A DNA stretch of 64,000 bases from Thermus sp. GTDB taxonomy: Bacteria; Deinococcota; Deinococci; Deinococcales; Thermaceae. Positions 44,452 to 54,902 of this stretch are shown here, one piece after another. Every line of letters starts with the position of its first letter. Positions within the stretch are counted from its first letter, which is position 1. Under the pieces are notes generated by a model. It had not been told where the DNA came from. It did not search any database and saw only the letters and a program-made list of their open reading frames with translations. The stretch is taken from positions 117-64,116 of the forward strand of contig NZ_JBBIMD010000002.1 of the NCBI RefSeq assembly GCF_037444525.1, in the 5' to 3' direction. Both the position numbers and the translations under genes were made by a program.

Positions 44452-45591
44452 CTACTTGGGCTCCCCCGGCCAGTCCCCCACCACCCCGGGGGCCGCCCAC
44501 TCCAGGGTGAGGAGCTCCTCCAAGGTGGCCTTCCGCCCCGCGGGGATGCGCACCACCCCCTTGCGATCCCGGATGGGCCCGGTGAAGGGGTCAAAGGTGG
44601 GCTTAGGAGAAGACATGTCCTTGAGGAGGCCCAGGATGCGGTCGTAAACCGCCACCTTCTTCCCCCCCACGGTCATGGAGGCCGCCTTCAAGAGGGGCAC
44701 GTGCTTGGGGTTGATGGGCACGCCGTAGTTCGCCCCCATCTCCACCGCCTTGTGCTGAAGAAGCCAGAAGTAGTCCACCTTTTCCAGGTTCTTAGGGGTG
44801 TAGACCCCTTCCCGTACCTTCTTGAGGAAATCTATGTAAATCGCATCCCAGTGGACGATCTGGCCCGAAACCACGTGGTCGGGAGCGAACTTCAGCATGG
44901 GGGTGTAGTGGCCGAAGCTGTAGGCCCCCTTGCGGGCTGCGGTCTGGATCACCGTGGGGGTGTCCTCGGTGAAGGCGAAGACATCCGCCCCCTGGGAGAG
45001 GAGGGCCTCCGTGGCCTCCCGGGCCTTGGCGGGGTCGTACCAGGCGTTGATCCAGCGCACCAGGACTTGGGCCTTCGGGTTCACCGCCCGCACCCCCAGG
45101 GCGAAGGCGTTGATGTGCCGCTTCACCTCGGGGATGGGGAAGGCGGCCACGTACCCCACCTTGCCCGTCTTGGTGAGGGCCCCGGCGGCAAGGCCATTCA
45201 AGTAGTAGACCTGGTAGAAGTCCGCCATGTAGGTGGCCACGTTGGGGGCCCGCTTGATGCCGGTGGCGTGGGCGAAGATGACCTCGGGGTACTTCCTGGC
45301 CGCTTCCAGAACCCCGTCCATGTACCCGAAGCTGGTGGCGAAGACCACCCGGCACCCCTCCCGCACCAGCCGGTCAATCACCGGCACCACCTGGGCCTCG
45401 GGAACGCCCTCCACGTACTTGGTCTCAAGCCAAGGCAGTGCGGCCTCGGCCTTCTTGCGCCCGATGTCGTGGGCGTAGGTCCAGCCCGCATCCCCGATGG
45501 GCCCCACGTAGATGAAGCAGGCCTTGAGCTTCGCCTCCTGCCCCAGGGCAAGCCCCAGGGCCAGAACCAGAAGGAAGATCCACCGTCTCAT
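44452..45591 (-). CDS. BMP-family ABC transporter substrate-binding protein (nucleoside/purine-type)
   Basis: [34 protein letters not shown]. Confidence 0.92.
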   Translation of the reverse strand: MRRWIFLLVLALGLALGQEAKLKACFIYVGPIGDAGWTYAHDIGRKKAEAALPWLETKYVEGVPEAQVVPVIDRLVREGCRVVFATSFGYMDGVLEAARKYPEVIFAHATGIKRAPNVATYMADFYQVYYLNGLAAGALTKTGKVGYVAAFPIPEVKRHINAFALGVRAVNPKAQVLVRWINAWYDPAKAREATEALLSQGADVFAFTEDTPTVIQTAARKGAYSFGHYTPMLKFAPDHVVSGQIVHWDAIYIDFLKKVREGVYTPKNLEKVDYFWLLQHKAVEMGANYGVPINPKHVPLLKAASMTVGGKKVAVYDRILGLLKDMSSPKPTFDPFTGPIRDRKGVVRIPAGRKATLEELLTLEWAAPGVVGDWPGEPK

Positions 45592-45594
45592 CCC

Positions 45595-46428
45595 TCACCT
45601 CCCCCGTTCAAAGGGCATGCCCAGGGCCCTCGGAGCCCGGGCACGGCCCGAAAGGGCCAGGACCAGGATAACCAGAAGGTAGGGCATGGCGGCAAAGGCC
45701 TCGCTCGGTATAGGTACACTGCCTTGGAGCCGGAACTGGAGAAAGAAGAGGAGGCCGAAGAAGTAGGCCCCGAAAAGGGCCCTTAAGGGCCGCCAGGCGG
45801 CCAGGATGACCAGGGCCACCGCCACCCAACCCAGCCCCCCGGTCATGCCGTCGGTCCAGGCGGGGCGGTAGGCCAGGGAGAGGTAGGCCCCCCCAAGGCC
45901 GATAAGCCCGCCCCCTACCCCCAAGGCCAGGTAGCGCACCCCGTCCACGCTCACCCCGAAGAGATCCGCCGCCTTGGGGTTCTCCCCCACGCTCCTCAGG
46001 TAAAGCCCCATGCGGGTATAGAAGAGAAAGGCGTGCAGGAGAAGGGCGAAGAGAAAGCCCAAAAGGGCAAACCCCCCCTCGGGCAAGGGGACAGGGAGGG
46101 GAAGCCCCTCGTAGCGCTTCCCCAAAAGCCCCGAGGCCCCAAGGCCCAGGGCAGAAAGGGCAAGCCCCGCCACAAACTGGTTGGCCCTTAGGGTCACGGT
46201 AAAGATCCCGTGGAAAAGGCCCAGGGAAGCCCCCACCAAAACCCCTAGGAAAACCCCAGGGACGGGCCCCAGGGCCAGGGCCACGGCAAAGGCCGCCAGG
46301 GCGGAAAGGGCCATCATCCCCTCCACCCCAAGCTGCACCACCCCGCTCCGCTCCGAAAGCAAAGCCCCCAGGGTGGCAAGGAGGATGGGGGTGCCGAAGA
46401 GGACCGCGCGCAAAAGGGCCTCTTCCAT
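45595..46428 (-). CDS. ABC transporter permease (BPD_transp_2)
   Basis: SERSGVVQLGVEG, VGENPKAA, GLGWVAVA. Confidence 0.92.
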   Translation of the reverse strand: MEEALLRAVLFGTPILLATLGALLSERSGVVQLGVEGMMALSALAAFAVALALGPVPGVFLGVLVGASLGLFHGIFTVTLRANQFVAGLALSALGLGASGLLGKRYEGLPLPVPLPEGGFALLGFLFALLLHAFLFYTRMGLYLRSVGENPKAADLFGVSVDGVRYLALGVGGGLIGLGGAYLSLAYRPAWTDGMTGGLGWVAVALVILAAWRPLRALFGAYFFGLLFFLQFRLQGSVPIPSEAFAAMPYLLVILVLALSGRARAPRALGMPFERGR

Positions 46429-47477
46429 CAGCGCCTCCAGACCACGCGGTGGCGGGCCAAGGCCTCGGCCCCGATGAGGGCGAGGAGCATGAGGCCGGCG
46501 AAGACGTCCACCCCCCTAAAGGGCATGGAAAGCTCTAGCTTAAGGAGATCCCCCCCCGCCAACACCACCCCCATAAGGGGCGCGGTGAGGAGGGTGAAAA
46601 GAGGCCCCCCCCGGGCCAGCCAGGCCACCAGGATGGCGGTGAAGCCGTAGCCTAAGGAGATCTGGGCAGGCTCCAGAAGCTTGTGGTGGATCCCCGCCAC
46701 CTCCCCCACCCCGGCCACCCCCGCAAGGAGACCGGAGAGGAGGGCCACCCGGAGGAGAAGCCCCCCCTCCCTTAAGCCCAGGTACCGGGCGGCCTTGGGG
46801 TTATCCCCCAGGACCCGCCACTCCAGGCCCAGGGGGGTGCGGAAGAGGAGAAAGTGGAGGAAAAGGGCAGCCAGCACCCCAAGGAGTAGGGTGGGCCAGG
46901 GAACGAGGCTTTCCCCCAGGCGGGGAAGCCAGGCGGCCTCTGGGAAGGTGTCGGTGTAGAGGAAGCCAAAGACCCGCTCCCCCTTCCAGGGCCCCGCCAC
47001 CAGGTAGACCACCAGGTAGTAGGCCAGGTAGTTCTGCATGAGGGTGGTAAGGATCTCGCTGGCGCCAAAGCGCACGCGAAGCCAGGCAGCAGGGAGGGCC
47101 CAAAGGGCCGCAAACCCCCCGCCCAGGAGGAACATGAGGGGGAGGGTCCAGGGGCCCGTGGGGAGGAAGAGCGCGGCGTAGGCCGCCCCCACCGCCCCTA
47201 AGAGGAGCTGCCCCTCGGCCCCGATGTTGAAAAACCCCACCCGGAAGGCCAAGGAAAGCCCCGCCCCGATGAGGAGGAGGGGAACGGCGCGCCTTAGGAC
47301 CTCAAAAAGGCCCAAGGGGTCCAGGACCACGGAAAAGACGAGGCCGTAGGCCCTAAGGGGGGAAACTCCATAGAGGGCAAAGAGAAGGGCCAAAAGGAGA
47401 AAGGTCAGGAGGAGAAACGCCCCATAGCTCAAGGCCATCTTGGCCGGGGTGGGGCTTGGGTCCAGCTCCAGCCTCAT
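46428..47477 (-). CDS. ABC transporter permease (BPD_transp_2)
   Basis: FNIGAEGQ, GYGFTAILVA. Confidence 0.92.
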   Translation of the reverse strand: MRLELDPSPTPAKMALSYGAFLLLTFLLLALLFALYGVSPLRAYGLVFSVVLDPLGLFEVLRRAVPLLLIGAGLSLAFRVGFFNIGAEGQLLLGAVGAAYAALFLPTGPWTLPLMFLLGGGFAALWALPAAWLRVRFGASEILTTLMQNYLAYYLVVYLVAGPWKGERVFGFLYTDTFPEAAWLPRLGESLVPWPTLLLGVLAALFLHFLLFRTPLGLEWRVLGDNPKAARYLGLREGGLLLRVALLSGLLAGVAGVGEVAGIHHKLLEPAQISLGYGFTAILVAWLARGGPLFTLLTAPLMGVVLAGGDLLKLELSMPFRGVDVFAGLMLLALIGAEALARHRVVWRR

Positions 47478-48949
47478 TGTCCCTCCGCCATCATCCGGCC
47501 CAGGCGCTCGAGGGTGGCCTCCTCCCGGGGGATGGGCCCCACAAGCCGCCCCCGATGGAGGGCGGCCACCCGGTGGCTCAGGGCCAGGATCTCGTCCAGG
47601 TCTTCGCTCACCAAAAGGATGGCCGTGCCCGCGGCCGCAAGGTCCAGGAGGAGGCGGTGGACTTCCTCCTGGGCCCCCACGTCCACCCCGTAGGTGGGGT
47701 GCATGGCGAGGAGGAGCCTAGGGCCTTCGGAAAGCTCCCGGGCTAGGATGACCTTCTGGGCGTTTCCCCCCGAGAGGAAGCGCACGGGGGCCCAAGGGGA
47801 GGGAGCCTGGATGCGGAAGCGGGCCATGAGGCCCCTCGCCCGCTCCTCCAGCACCTTCCGGGGCAAAACCCCCCTTCGGGCAAGGCGCCTTTGGGTGCGC
47901 AGGGCCAGGTTCTCCGCCACGGGCAGGGCTGGGGCCAGACCCATGGCCCGCTCCTCGGGGATGTGGGCCACCCCCAGGGCAAAGGCCCGGGCGGGGTCTT
48001 TGGGTAGGGGCTTACCCAAAAGGCGCACCTCTCCCCCGTAGGGCCTAAGCCCCGCCAGGGCCTCCACCAGCTCGCTCTGGCCGCTTCCCGCCACCCCCGC
48101 CACCCCCAGGATCTCCCCCGCCCACAAGGCGAAGGAAACCCCTTGCAAGGGGAAGCCCCGCCTGGGCACGTGGAGGCCCTCCACCTCCAAGACCACCTCC
48201 TCTCCGGGGGGAAGGGCCCGGGGCAGGGGCGAAAGGCGCCGCCCCACCATGAGGCGGACCAGCTCCTCCTTGGTGGCCTCCTGCCGGGAAAGCTCCCCCA
48301 CCTTGCGCCCGGCCCGGAGCACGGCGATGCGGTCCGCTACCTCCAGCACCTCGTCCAGCTTGTGGCTGATGAAGATGACCGCTAGGCCCTCCCCCTTAAG
48401 CCGCCGGATCTCCCCGAAAAGGCTCTCCGCCTCCTTAGGGGTGAGGACGCTGGTGGGCTCGTCCAGGATGAGGACCTTGGGGTGGGAAAGGAGGGCCCTT
48501 AGGATCTCCAGGCGCTGTTTCTCCCCCGCGGAAAGGGCGGCCACGGGGAGGCGGAGGAAACCAGGGTCCAGACCCAAGGCGCTCCGTTCCAGGTGGCCCT
48601 GGAGGCGGTGGAGGAGGGCTTCTTGGGTGAAAAAGGGGGGGAGGGAAAGGCCCAGGGCTAAGTTCTCCGCCACGGTGTGGGCCTCAATGAGCTCGGGGTG
48701 CTGGGGCACCAGGGCGATCCCCAGGCGCTGGGCCGCCTGGGGGGAGGGGATCCGAACCTCCCGGCCTTCCAAGAGGATCCGCCCCGAATCCGGGGCGTAG
48801 AGACCGTAGAGGAGGCTCACCAGGGTGGTCTTCCCCGCCCCGTTTTCCCCAAGGAGAGCCAGGACCTCGCCCCGCCCCACCTCGAGGTCCACCCCCTGGC
48901 AGGCCAGGACCGGCCCAAAGCGCTTGGTGATGCCTTCCAGCCTCAGCAT
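47474..48949 (-). CDS. ABC transporter ATP-binding protein (two ABC domains)
   Basis: GENGAGKTTL, LSAGEKQR, LDEPT, LSGGNAQK; ATG start at 48949. Confidence 0.93.
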   Translation of the reverse strand: MLRLEGITKRFGPVLACQGVDLEVGRGEVLALLGENGAGKTTLVSLLYGLYAPDSGRILLEGREVRIPSPQAAQRLGIALVPQHPELIEAHTVAENLALGLSLPPFFTQEALLHRLQGHLERSALGLDPGFLRLPVAALSAGEKQRLEILRALLSHPKVLILDEPTSVLTPKEAESLFGEIRRLKGEGLAVIFISHKLDEVLEVADRIAVLRAGRKVGELSRQEATKEELVRLMVGRRLSPLPRALPPGEEVVLEVEGLHVPRRGFPLQGVSFALWAGEILGVAGVAGSGQSELVEALAGLRPYGGEVRLLGKPLPKDPARAFALGVAHIPEERAMGLAPALPVAENLALRTQRRLARRGVLPRKVLEERARGLMARFRIQAPSPWAPVRFLSGGNAQKVILARELSEGPRLLLAMHPTYGVDVGAQEEVHRLLLDLAAAGTAILLVSEDLDEILALSHRVAALHRGRLVGPIPREEATLERLGRMMAEGQ

Positions 48950-49073
48950 AAGCCCCAATCGTCCGAAGGATATCACAGCCCTTAGGGAAGGCCGGCGCCC
49001 TAGGGGGATGACCCCCTGCTTTCACAAAGTTTTAACACCCTCTCCGCTATACTCCATTCTAGGGGGTGGTCGA

Positions 49074-49556
49074 ATGAGAAACCTAGGCCGGCTTTGGGTC
49101 CTCCTCGCCTTCCTCTTTACCACGGCCTTGGCCCAGCTGGGGCTGGACCTCAAAGGGTTTAAGGTCCAGGTGAAGGAGGGCAAGGAGGTCTTGGTGGAGG
49201 CCCTGGAGGTAGCCCCTGGGGATGTGGTGGCCTGGCGCCTCCTGGCGGAGAACAAGGGGAAAGACCCCCTGCGCCAGGTGGCCCTGGTCATCCCCATCCC
49301 GAAGGAAACGGTGTTCCTCGAGGCGCCGGTTCTCCTTTTCAAGGGAGTCCAAATCCGCCCGGAGTTCAGCTTTGACGGGGGCAAGACCTTCGGCTTCCCC
49401 CCCCTGAAAAAGCGGGTCCGGGTGGTGGAAGGGGGAAAGGAGGTGGAAAAGGAGGTAGAAGTTAGGCCCGAAGAGTACACCCATGTACGCTACCTGATAC
49501 CCGAGCTCAAGCCCGGCGAACAGGTGGAGGTCCTGGTCAGGACCAAGGTCCGCTAG
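49074..49556 (+). CDS. Small secreted protein made of one C-terminally incomplete DUF11-like domain
   Basis: Signal peptide ending TALA; PGDVVAWRLLAENKG...IPIPKET; ends LKPGEQVEVLVRTKVR. Confidence 0.8.
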   Translation: MRNLGRLWVLLAFLFTTALAQLGLDLKGFKVQVKEGKEVLVEALEVAPGDVVAWRLLAENKGKDPLRQVALVIPIPKETVFLEAPVLLFKGVQIRPEFSFDGGKTFGFPPLKKRVRVVEGGKEVEKEVEVRPEEYTHVRYLIPELKPGEQVEVLVRTKVR

Positions 49557-49571
49557 CAGAAGGAGGTACGG

Positions 49572-52274
49572 ATGAAAAGACTAACGTTTTTAGGTCTGGG
49601 CCTTATGGCCCTCCTGCTGGGGGTGGCCCTGGCCATGACCCCCGCAGGCACCAGCATCACCAACCAAGCTTCGGCCAGCTACATTGACTCCGCTGGCCAG
49701 CCCCGGACCACCACCTCCAACCAGGTGGTCACGGTGGTCCAGCAGGTCTTCAGCTTCACCATCACCCCAAACGGCAGCGAAGCAAGCCCCGGCCAAACCA
49801 AGTCCGCCCTGCCCGGGGGCCAGGTGCTCTTCAACTACCGGGTGGAGAACACCGGTAACGGCACGGACACCATCAACCTGGCCACGGCCCAGGGCACCTC
49901 GGACGACTTTGACCTGCTAAACGTCCTCATCTATCGGGACAGCAACTGCAACGGCACCGTGGACGCGGGGGAGCCCCAGGTGGCCTCTGTCACCCTGGGC
50001 ATGGGCCAGCAGGCCTGCGTGGTGGTGGTGGCCACCCTCCCCACCACGGCCACCGGTGGCCAGTACGGCAACCTGAACCTTACAGGCACCAGCCAGGGAA
50101 ACCCCAGCGTCACCGACACGGATAACTGGGCCCGCGCGGTGACCACCACGGCGGCCGCCCTCACCGCCACCAAGTCCGCCACCCCCACCAGCGTGGCCCC
50201 GGGTGGCACCATCACCTTTACCATCTCGGGGGCCAACGTGGGTGGAAGCGCAGCCTACGGGGTGAGCATCTCTAGTCTGGGCACGGGCATCCTCATCTCC
50301 GACACCATCCCCACCGGGCTTACCGTGAGCGCCATGCCCACGGGCACCGCGGGGGCAGGGACGGTGAGCTTTGTCTACACCCCGAACGGCACCACCTGGC
50401 AGACCCTCTCCCCGTCCAACCTCCCCCTCACGGGGAACGGCACCGTGGCCATAGGGATGTTCATTGAGGGAAGCGGGGCCTTCTTCCCCCAAGGGGCGGG
50501 GTACACCTTCAGCTTCCAGGCCGCGGTGCCCACCAGCGCCCCAGCCAGCACCACCTATGCCAACACCGCCACGGTGCGCTTTGACGCCAACGGGGACGGA
50601 TATAGCGACGACCCCGGGGAGACGGTCTCCTCCAACACCACCACCAATACCGTAGCCACCAGCTACAACGTGGCCGTGGGGCCCTACGGTTACCCCGAGG
50701 GGGGTGCCACGGGCACCTACTCCGTGGGCGGCTACACCGTGACCCGCTCCGGGGATAGCCAGACCATCGCCAGCGCCAATAGCGGCACCGCGGTCATCTT
50801 CCGCCACACCCTGAAGAACACCGGGAACGCCCCAGACAGCTTCACCCTGGCCTATAGCGGCGCCCCCTCGGGCTGGGCTTGCCAGCTTGTGGCCGACGAC
50901 CTCACCACGCCCATCTCTGGCCCCGTGGGCCCGGTGGCGGCGGGGGCTAGCTACGACTTCGCCCTCAAGTGCCAGATCCCCGCAAGCGACACCGGGGGCC
51001 CCGTGAATCTCACGGTGACCGCCACCAGCGTGGGGGACACCGCTAAGAGCGACACCACCACGGACACCGTGCAGAGCGTGGCCCTGGGCTACGCGGTGGA
51101 CCTGGCGGCCCACGGCTACGCGGGGGATGGCAACGCCGCCAACGACAACCCCGCGGCCCAAAGCGCCAACCCTGGCCAGACGGTCTACTTCCCCTTGGAC
51201 ATCTACAACGCCGGGGCCAACACGGATAGCTACAACCTCACCGCAAGCCTCCCCAGCGGCTGGAGCGTCCTCTTCTACCCCGACGCGGACTGCGACGGGG
51301 CCATGGACGCCCCCACCCCCGCGCCCTTGAGCAACACCGGGCCCATCAACCCCGGGGCCACCAAGTGCTACATCGCCGCGGTGAGCGTGCCCGCGGGGGC
51401 TGCGCCTGGGAGCAACCCCGTGAGCTTCACCGCCACCAGCGCCACCCTGGGCACGGTTTCCGACACCGTCACCACCCAGGTGAACGTGAACACCCTGGCC
51501 CAGGTGCTCCTGGACCCCGACCGCAACGGCACCGTGACCAGCCCCGGGACCATCCAGTACACCCACACCCTCCACAACAACTCCAACGCCCCCGCCCACT
51601 GCGACATCTCGGCCAGCGGCGGAAGCCACGGCTGGACCTACCAGCTCTCCACGGACGGCAGCACCTGGTACGGGGCCCTGGCGGACGTCTACGCCGCCCC
51701 CAACGGCGGCACCCAGACCATCTACGTGCGGGTCCTGGTGCCGGCGGGCCAGGCCATCGGCACGGTGGACGTGAACACCCTCACGGCCCAGTGCGACGTC
51801 ACCACCGGCACACCCGACAACACCTACGAGGCCACGGACACCGCCACGGAGACCACCACCATCGTGGGCGGGGAGCTCAGGCTCACCAAGAGCGCGGTGA
51901 GCTACGTGGGCACCTCCTCCACCGTGCGCTCCACGGACGGCAGCCGGGCCTACCCCGGGGACGTCATACAGTACTCCATCGTGGCCGAGAACATCGGCAC
52001 CGGGAACCTGACCAATGTCAAGGTCTCCGACCCCGTCCCCGCCTACACCACCTTCCTCGACGTCTCCGCCACGGCCACGGGCTTTAGCGGCACCTTCACC
52101 GTCCTCTACTCCACGGACGGCACCACCTGGAGCACCACGGCGCCTTCCAGCGTGGGCGCCGGCCAGTCCGTGTACGTGGGCGTGGACACCAACGGGGACA
52201 GCACCATCGACAACAACGACGTGATGCCGCCTGCGGCCAAGATCACCGTCACCCTTAAGGTGCAGGTGCAGTAA
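49572..52274 (+). CDS. Secreted Thr/Ser-rich DUF11-repeat protein, 900 aa (putative major filament subunit)
   Basis: Signal peptide; N-terminal TPAGTSITNQA...SNQV; repeated xNTGN-DT/S motifs; Dx[DN]xDG loops; C-terminal LTK...SDPVP...LKVQVQ; AGGAGG RBS. Confidence 0.85.
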   Translation: MKRLTFLGLGLMALLLGVALAMTPAGTSITNQASASYIDSAGQPRTTTSNQVVTVVQQVFSFTITPNGSEASPGQTKSALPGGQVLFNYRVENTGNGTDTINLATAQGTSDDFDLLNVLIYRDSNCNGTVDAGEPQVASVTLGMGQQACVVVVATLPTTATGGQYGNLNLTGTSQGNPSVTDTDNWARAVTTTAAALTATKSATPTSVAPGGTITFTISGANVGGSAAYGVSISSLGTGILISDTIPTGLTVSAMPTGTAGAGTVSFVYTPNGTTWQTLSPSNLPLTGNGTVAIGMFIEGSGAFFPQGAGYTFSFQAAVPTSAPASTTYANTATVRFDANGDGYSDDPGETVSSNTTTNTVATSYNVAVGPYGYPEGGATGTYSVGGYTVTRSGDSQTIASANSGTAVIFRHTLKNTGNAPDSFTLAYSGAPSGWACQLVADDLTTPISGPVGPVAAGASYDFALKCQIPASDTGGPVNLTVTATSVGDTAKSDTTTDTVQSVALGYAVDLAAHGYAGDGNAANDNPAAQSANPGQTVYFPLDIYNAGANTDSYNLTASLPSGWSVLFYPDADCDGAMDAPTPAPLSNTGPINPGATKCYIAAVSVPAGAAPGSNPVSFTATSATLGTVSDTVTTQVNVNTLAQVLLDPDRNGTVTSPGTIQYTHTLHNNSNAPAHCDISASGGSHGWTYQLSTDGSTWYGALADVYAAPNGGTQTIYVRVLVPAGQAIGTVDVNTLTAQCDVTTGTPDNTYEATDTATETTTIVGGELRLTKSAVSYVGTSSTVRSTDGSRAYPGDVIQYSIVAENIGTGNLTNVKVSDPVPAYTTFLDVSATATGFSGTFTVLYSTDGTTWSTTAPSSVGAGQSVYVGVDTNGDSTIDNNDVMPPAAKITVTLKVQVQ

Positions 52275-52277
52275 GCC

Positions 52278-54902
52278 ATGCGCGCCTTTGCCCTCCTCCC
52301 CCTCCTAGGCCTGGTGCTGGCCATGACCCCTGCGGGAACGGTCATCCGCAACCAGGCCCAGGGGTGGGTGGGGGGCGGGGTCTACCTTTCCAACCCCGTG
52401 GAGACCGTGGTCCAGGCCCTGTGCATGCCCCTCCTCTCCCCAGACGGCACCCAAGCCACACCCGGCCAGCGGGCCACGGTCCTCCCGGGGGGCTTCGCCT
52501 ACCTGCCCTACCGCTTGCAAAACGCCGGAAACGCCCCCTTTACCTTCACCCTGAGCGTGGCCCTGTCGGGGGATTTCACCCCAGCCATGCGGCTCCTACT
52601 GGATAGGAACGGCAACGGTCTCCCCGACCCCGGGGAAGGCGAAGCGGCCTCCCTAACCCTCGCCCCCGGGGAAGGGGTGGACCTGGTCCTCGAGGTCCAG
52701 GCACCCCCTGGGGCCTCGGGGACGACCCTCGTCTCCCCCGTGGCCACCTGCCCCGGGGGGGGTGAGGACGGGGAGAACTGGGCGGCGGTGGAGGTGGCCC
52801 AAGCCGCCCTCTCCCTCCTCAAAACCGTGGCCCCGGGCCGGGTCCTCCCCGGCGAGGAGGCCACCTTTACCCTGGAAGTCAGGAACCTAAGCCCCGCGGC
52901 GGTCCCGGTGAGGGTGGAGGACCTCCTGGACCTCCCGGGCCTGGCCTACATCCCCGGCTCCGCCTCGTCCACCCAGGGCACCCTGGAATACTACGATGGA
53001 GCCACCTGGCGCCTCACAGAGCCCCCCACCGTCTTAGGGTTAGCCCTAAGGTTGGACCTCCCCCCTGGCGGCAGCGCCAGGCTGGCCTTCCGGGTCCGGG
53101 CCCTGGAGGGCGCCCCTCCTGGGGTGCGCACCAACCGGGCTGTGGCCACGGGCGGGGGGGCCCGGGCGGAGGGGCAGGCTACCCTGGAGATCCTTCCCCT
53201 CTACCGCCATCACCTGGGCCCCGGGGGGAACCCCAAGGCCTTGCCGGGTGGGGAAGGAAGCGCAGACGACGAGCAAAGGGCACGCACCCTCCAGGGGCAA
53301 CCCTACTGCTTCCCCCACACCCTCCTCAACGAAGGCACGGCGGAGGACCGCTACCGCATGGAGGCCACGGGCCTGCCCCCAGGGGTGGGCCTCACCCTGA
53401 GGCAAAACGGCCTCCCCCTGCAGGAGCCCATCCCCTTGGGGCCAGGGGAAAGCCTGGGCTTTGAGGCCTGCCTCCTCCCCCAGGAGGCGGGGACCTTCAG
53501 CCTGGAGCTAAGGGCCCTGAGCCTGGAAAGCGGCACCCTAAACCGCACCCGGGACCTCCTGGAGGTGGTGCCCCAGGGGGCCCTGGCCCTGGTCAAGGAG
53601 GCCGACCCCCCCTCGGGGTCCACGGTACGGCCAGGGAACGTGATCACCTACACCCTCCGCATCCAAAACGCCTACGCTCCCCTCCCCCAAGCCACCATAG
53701 AAGACCCCTTGCCGGCCGGGGTGGAGTTCCTGGAGGCCCCAGGCGGCACCTATGACCCCAACACCCGCACCGTCCGCTTCCTCCTGGACCCACTCCCCTT
53801 GGGGGAAACCGCCCTCACGGTGCGGGTACGGGTGAAGGAGGTCCCCGACGACACCCTCCTGCAAAACCGCTTCACCTTAAGGAGCGGGCCCACCCCGAAC
53901 CCCATCCCCTCCAACCCCGTGGAGCACCCGGTCTTTGCCACCCACCTCCTCCTGAAGAAGAGCGTGGCCCCGGAGGTGGTCCGCCTGGGGGAGGTGCTGG
54001 AGTACCGCCTCGAGGTGACCAATCCCTCCTCGGCTCCCCTCACCGTGCGCCTGCTGGACACTCCCGACCCCGCCCTCCGCTACCTCCCGGGCTCCGCCCG
54101 CGTGAAACCGGACTGCCAGGGGGAAGGGGTGGCCCAGGAGCCCAGGGTGGAAGGGGGCGCCCTGGTGTTTGAGGGGCTTAGCCTGCCCGGGAAGGGCCGC
54201 CTCTGCCTGGTCTACCGGATGCGCCTGGTGCAACCCGGGGGCGAAACCCTTCGGAACGTGGCCCAGGCCTTTGGCCTCTCCGCCCAGGGGGCCGCGGTGG
54301 CCAGCGCTCAGGTACAGGCCCTGGCCCGCACCTCAAACCCCCCGGAGGAAAAGGCCCTCCTGGTGGGCCGGGTCTACCTGGACCTGGACGAGGACGGGCG
54401 CTACACCCCCGGGCAGGACCTCCCCCTGAAAGGGGCCCGCCTCCTCCTGGCCAAGGGCTGGCAGGTCCTCACGGACGGGGGCGGGCGCTACGCCTTCCGG
54501 GACCTCCGGCCCGGCCCCTACCAGGTGATGCTGGACCCCCTCTCCGCCCCCTTCCCGCCCCTTCCCCATCCCGAAGCCCTAGGGGAGGGGTACCGCCGGG
54601 GGGTCCAGGTCTTTGGCCTCACCCAGGTGGACTTTCCCCTCAAGGCCCCCAAGGGCACGGTCACCGTGGAACGGAGCACCGAGCTCCGCTTTGGGCCCCT
54701 TTACCTAAAGAAGCGCCTGGTGCGGGCAGGAGGGGAAACCTGGGTCCACCTCCTCTTGCGAGCCCAAGCCCCCCTGCCCGAGTTTTCCCTCAGGGACGGC
54801 GAGGAGGTCTTTAGCGTGGAGGTTTTGGAAGGCGAACGGGAGCTCACCCTTCCCTACCGGGGCACGTTCACCGACCCCGAGGTGCGCTGGAGGTACCCAT
54901 GA
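52278..54902 (+). CDS. Secreted DUF11-repeat protein with SdrD-B-like C-terminal domain, 874 aa
   Basis: Signal peptide; TPAGTVIRNQA...SNPV; three LxK...Y/FTLxxxN repeats; GRVYLDLDEDG...TDGGGRYAFRDLRPGPY. Confidence 0.85.
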   Translation: MRAFALLPLLGLVLAMTPAGTVIRNQAQGWVGGGVYLSNPVETVVQALCMPLLSPDGTQATPGQRATVLPGGFAYLPYRLQNAGNAPFTFTLSVALSGDFTPAMRLLLDRNGNGLPDPGEGEAASLTLAPGEGVDLVLEVQAPPGASGTTLVSPVATCPGGGEDGENWAAVEVAQAALSLLKTVAPGRVLPGEEATFTLEVRNLSPAAVPVRVEDLLDLPGLAYIPGSASSTQGTLEYYDGATWRLTEPPTVLGLALRLDLPPGGSARLAFRVRALEGAPPGVRTNRAVATGGGARAEGQATLEILPLYRHHLGPGGNPKALPGGEGSADDEQRARTLQGQPYCFPHTLLNEGTAEDRYRMEATGLPPGVGLTLRQNGLPLQEPIPLGPGESLGFEACLLPQEAGTFSLELRALSLESGTLNRTRDLLEVVPQGALALVKEADPPSGSTVRPGNVITYTLRIQNAYAPLPQATIEDPLPAGVEFLEAPGGTYDPNTRTVRFLLDPLPLGETALTVRVRVKEVPDDTLLQNRFTLRSGPTPNPIPSNPVEHPVFATHLLLKKSVAPEVVRLGEVLEYRLEVTNPSSAPLTVRLLDTPDPALRYLPGSARVKPDCQGEGVAQEPRVEGGALVFEGLSLPGKGRLCLVYRMRLVQPGGETLRNVAQAFGLSAQGAAVASAQVQALARTSNPPEEKALLVGRVYLDLDEDGRYTPGQDLPLKGARLLLAKGWQVLTDGGGRYAFRDLRPGPYQVMLDPLSAPFPPLPHPEALGEGYRRGVQVFGLTQVDFPLKAPKGTVTVERSTELRFGPLYLKKRLVRAGGETWVHLLLRAQAPLPEFSLRDGEEVFSVEVLEGERELTLPYRGTFTDPEVRWRYP

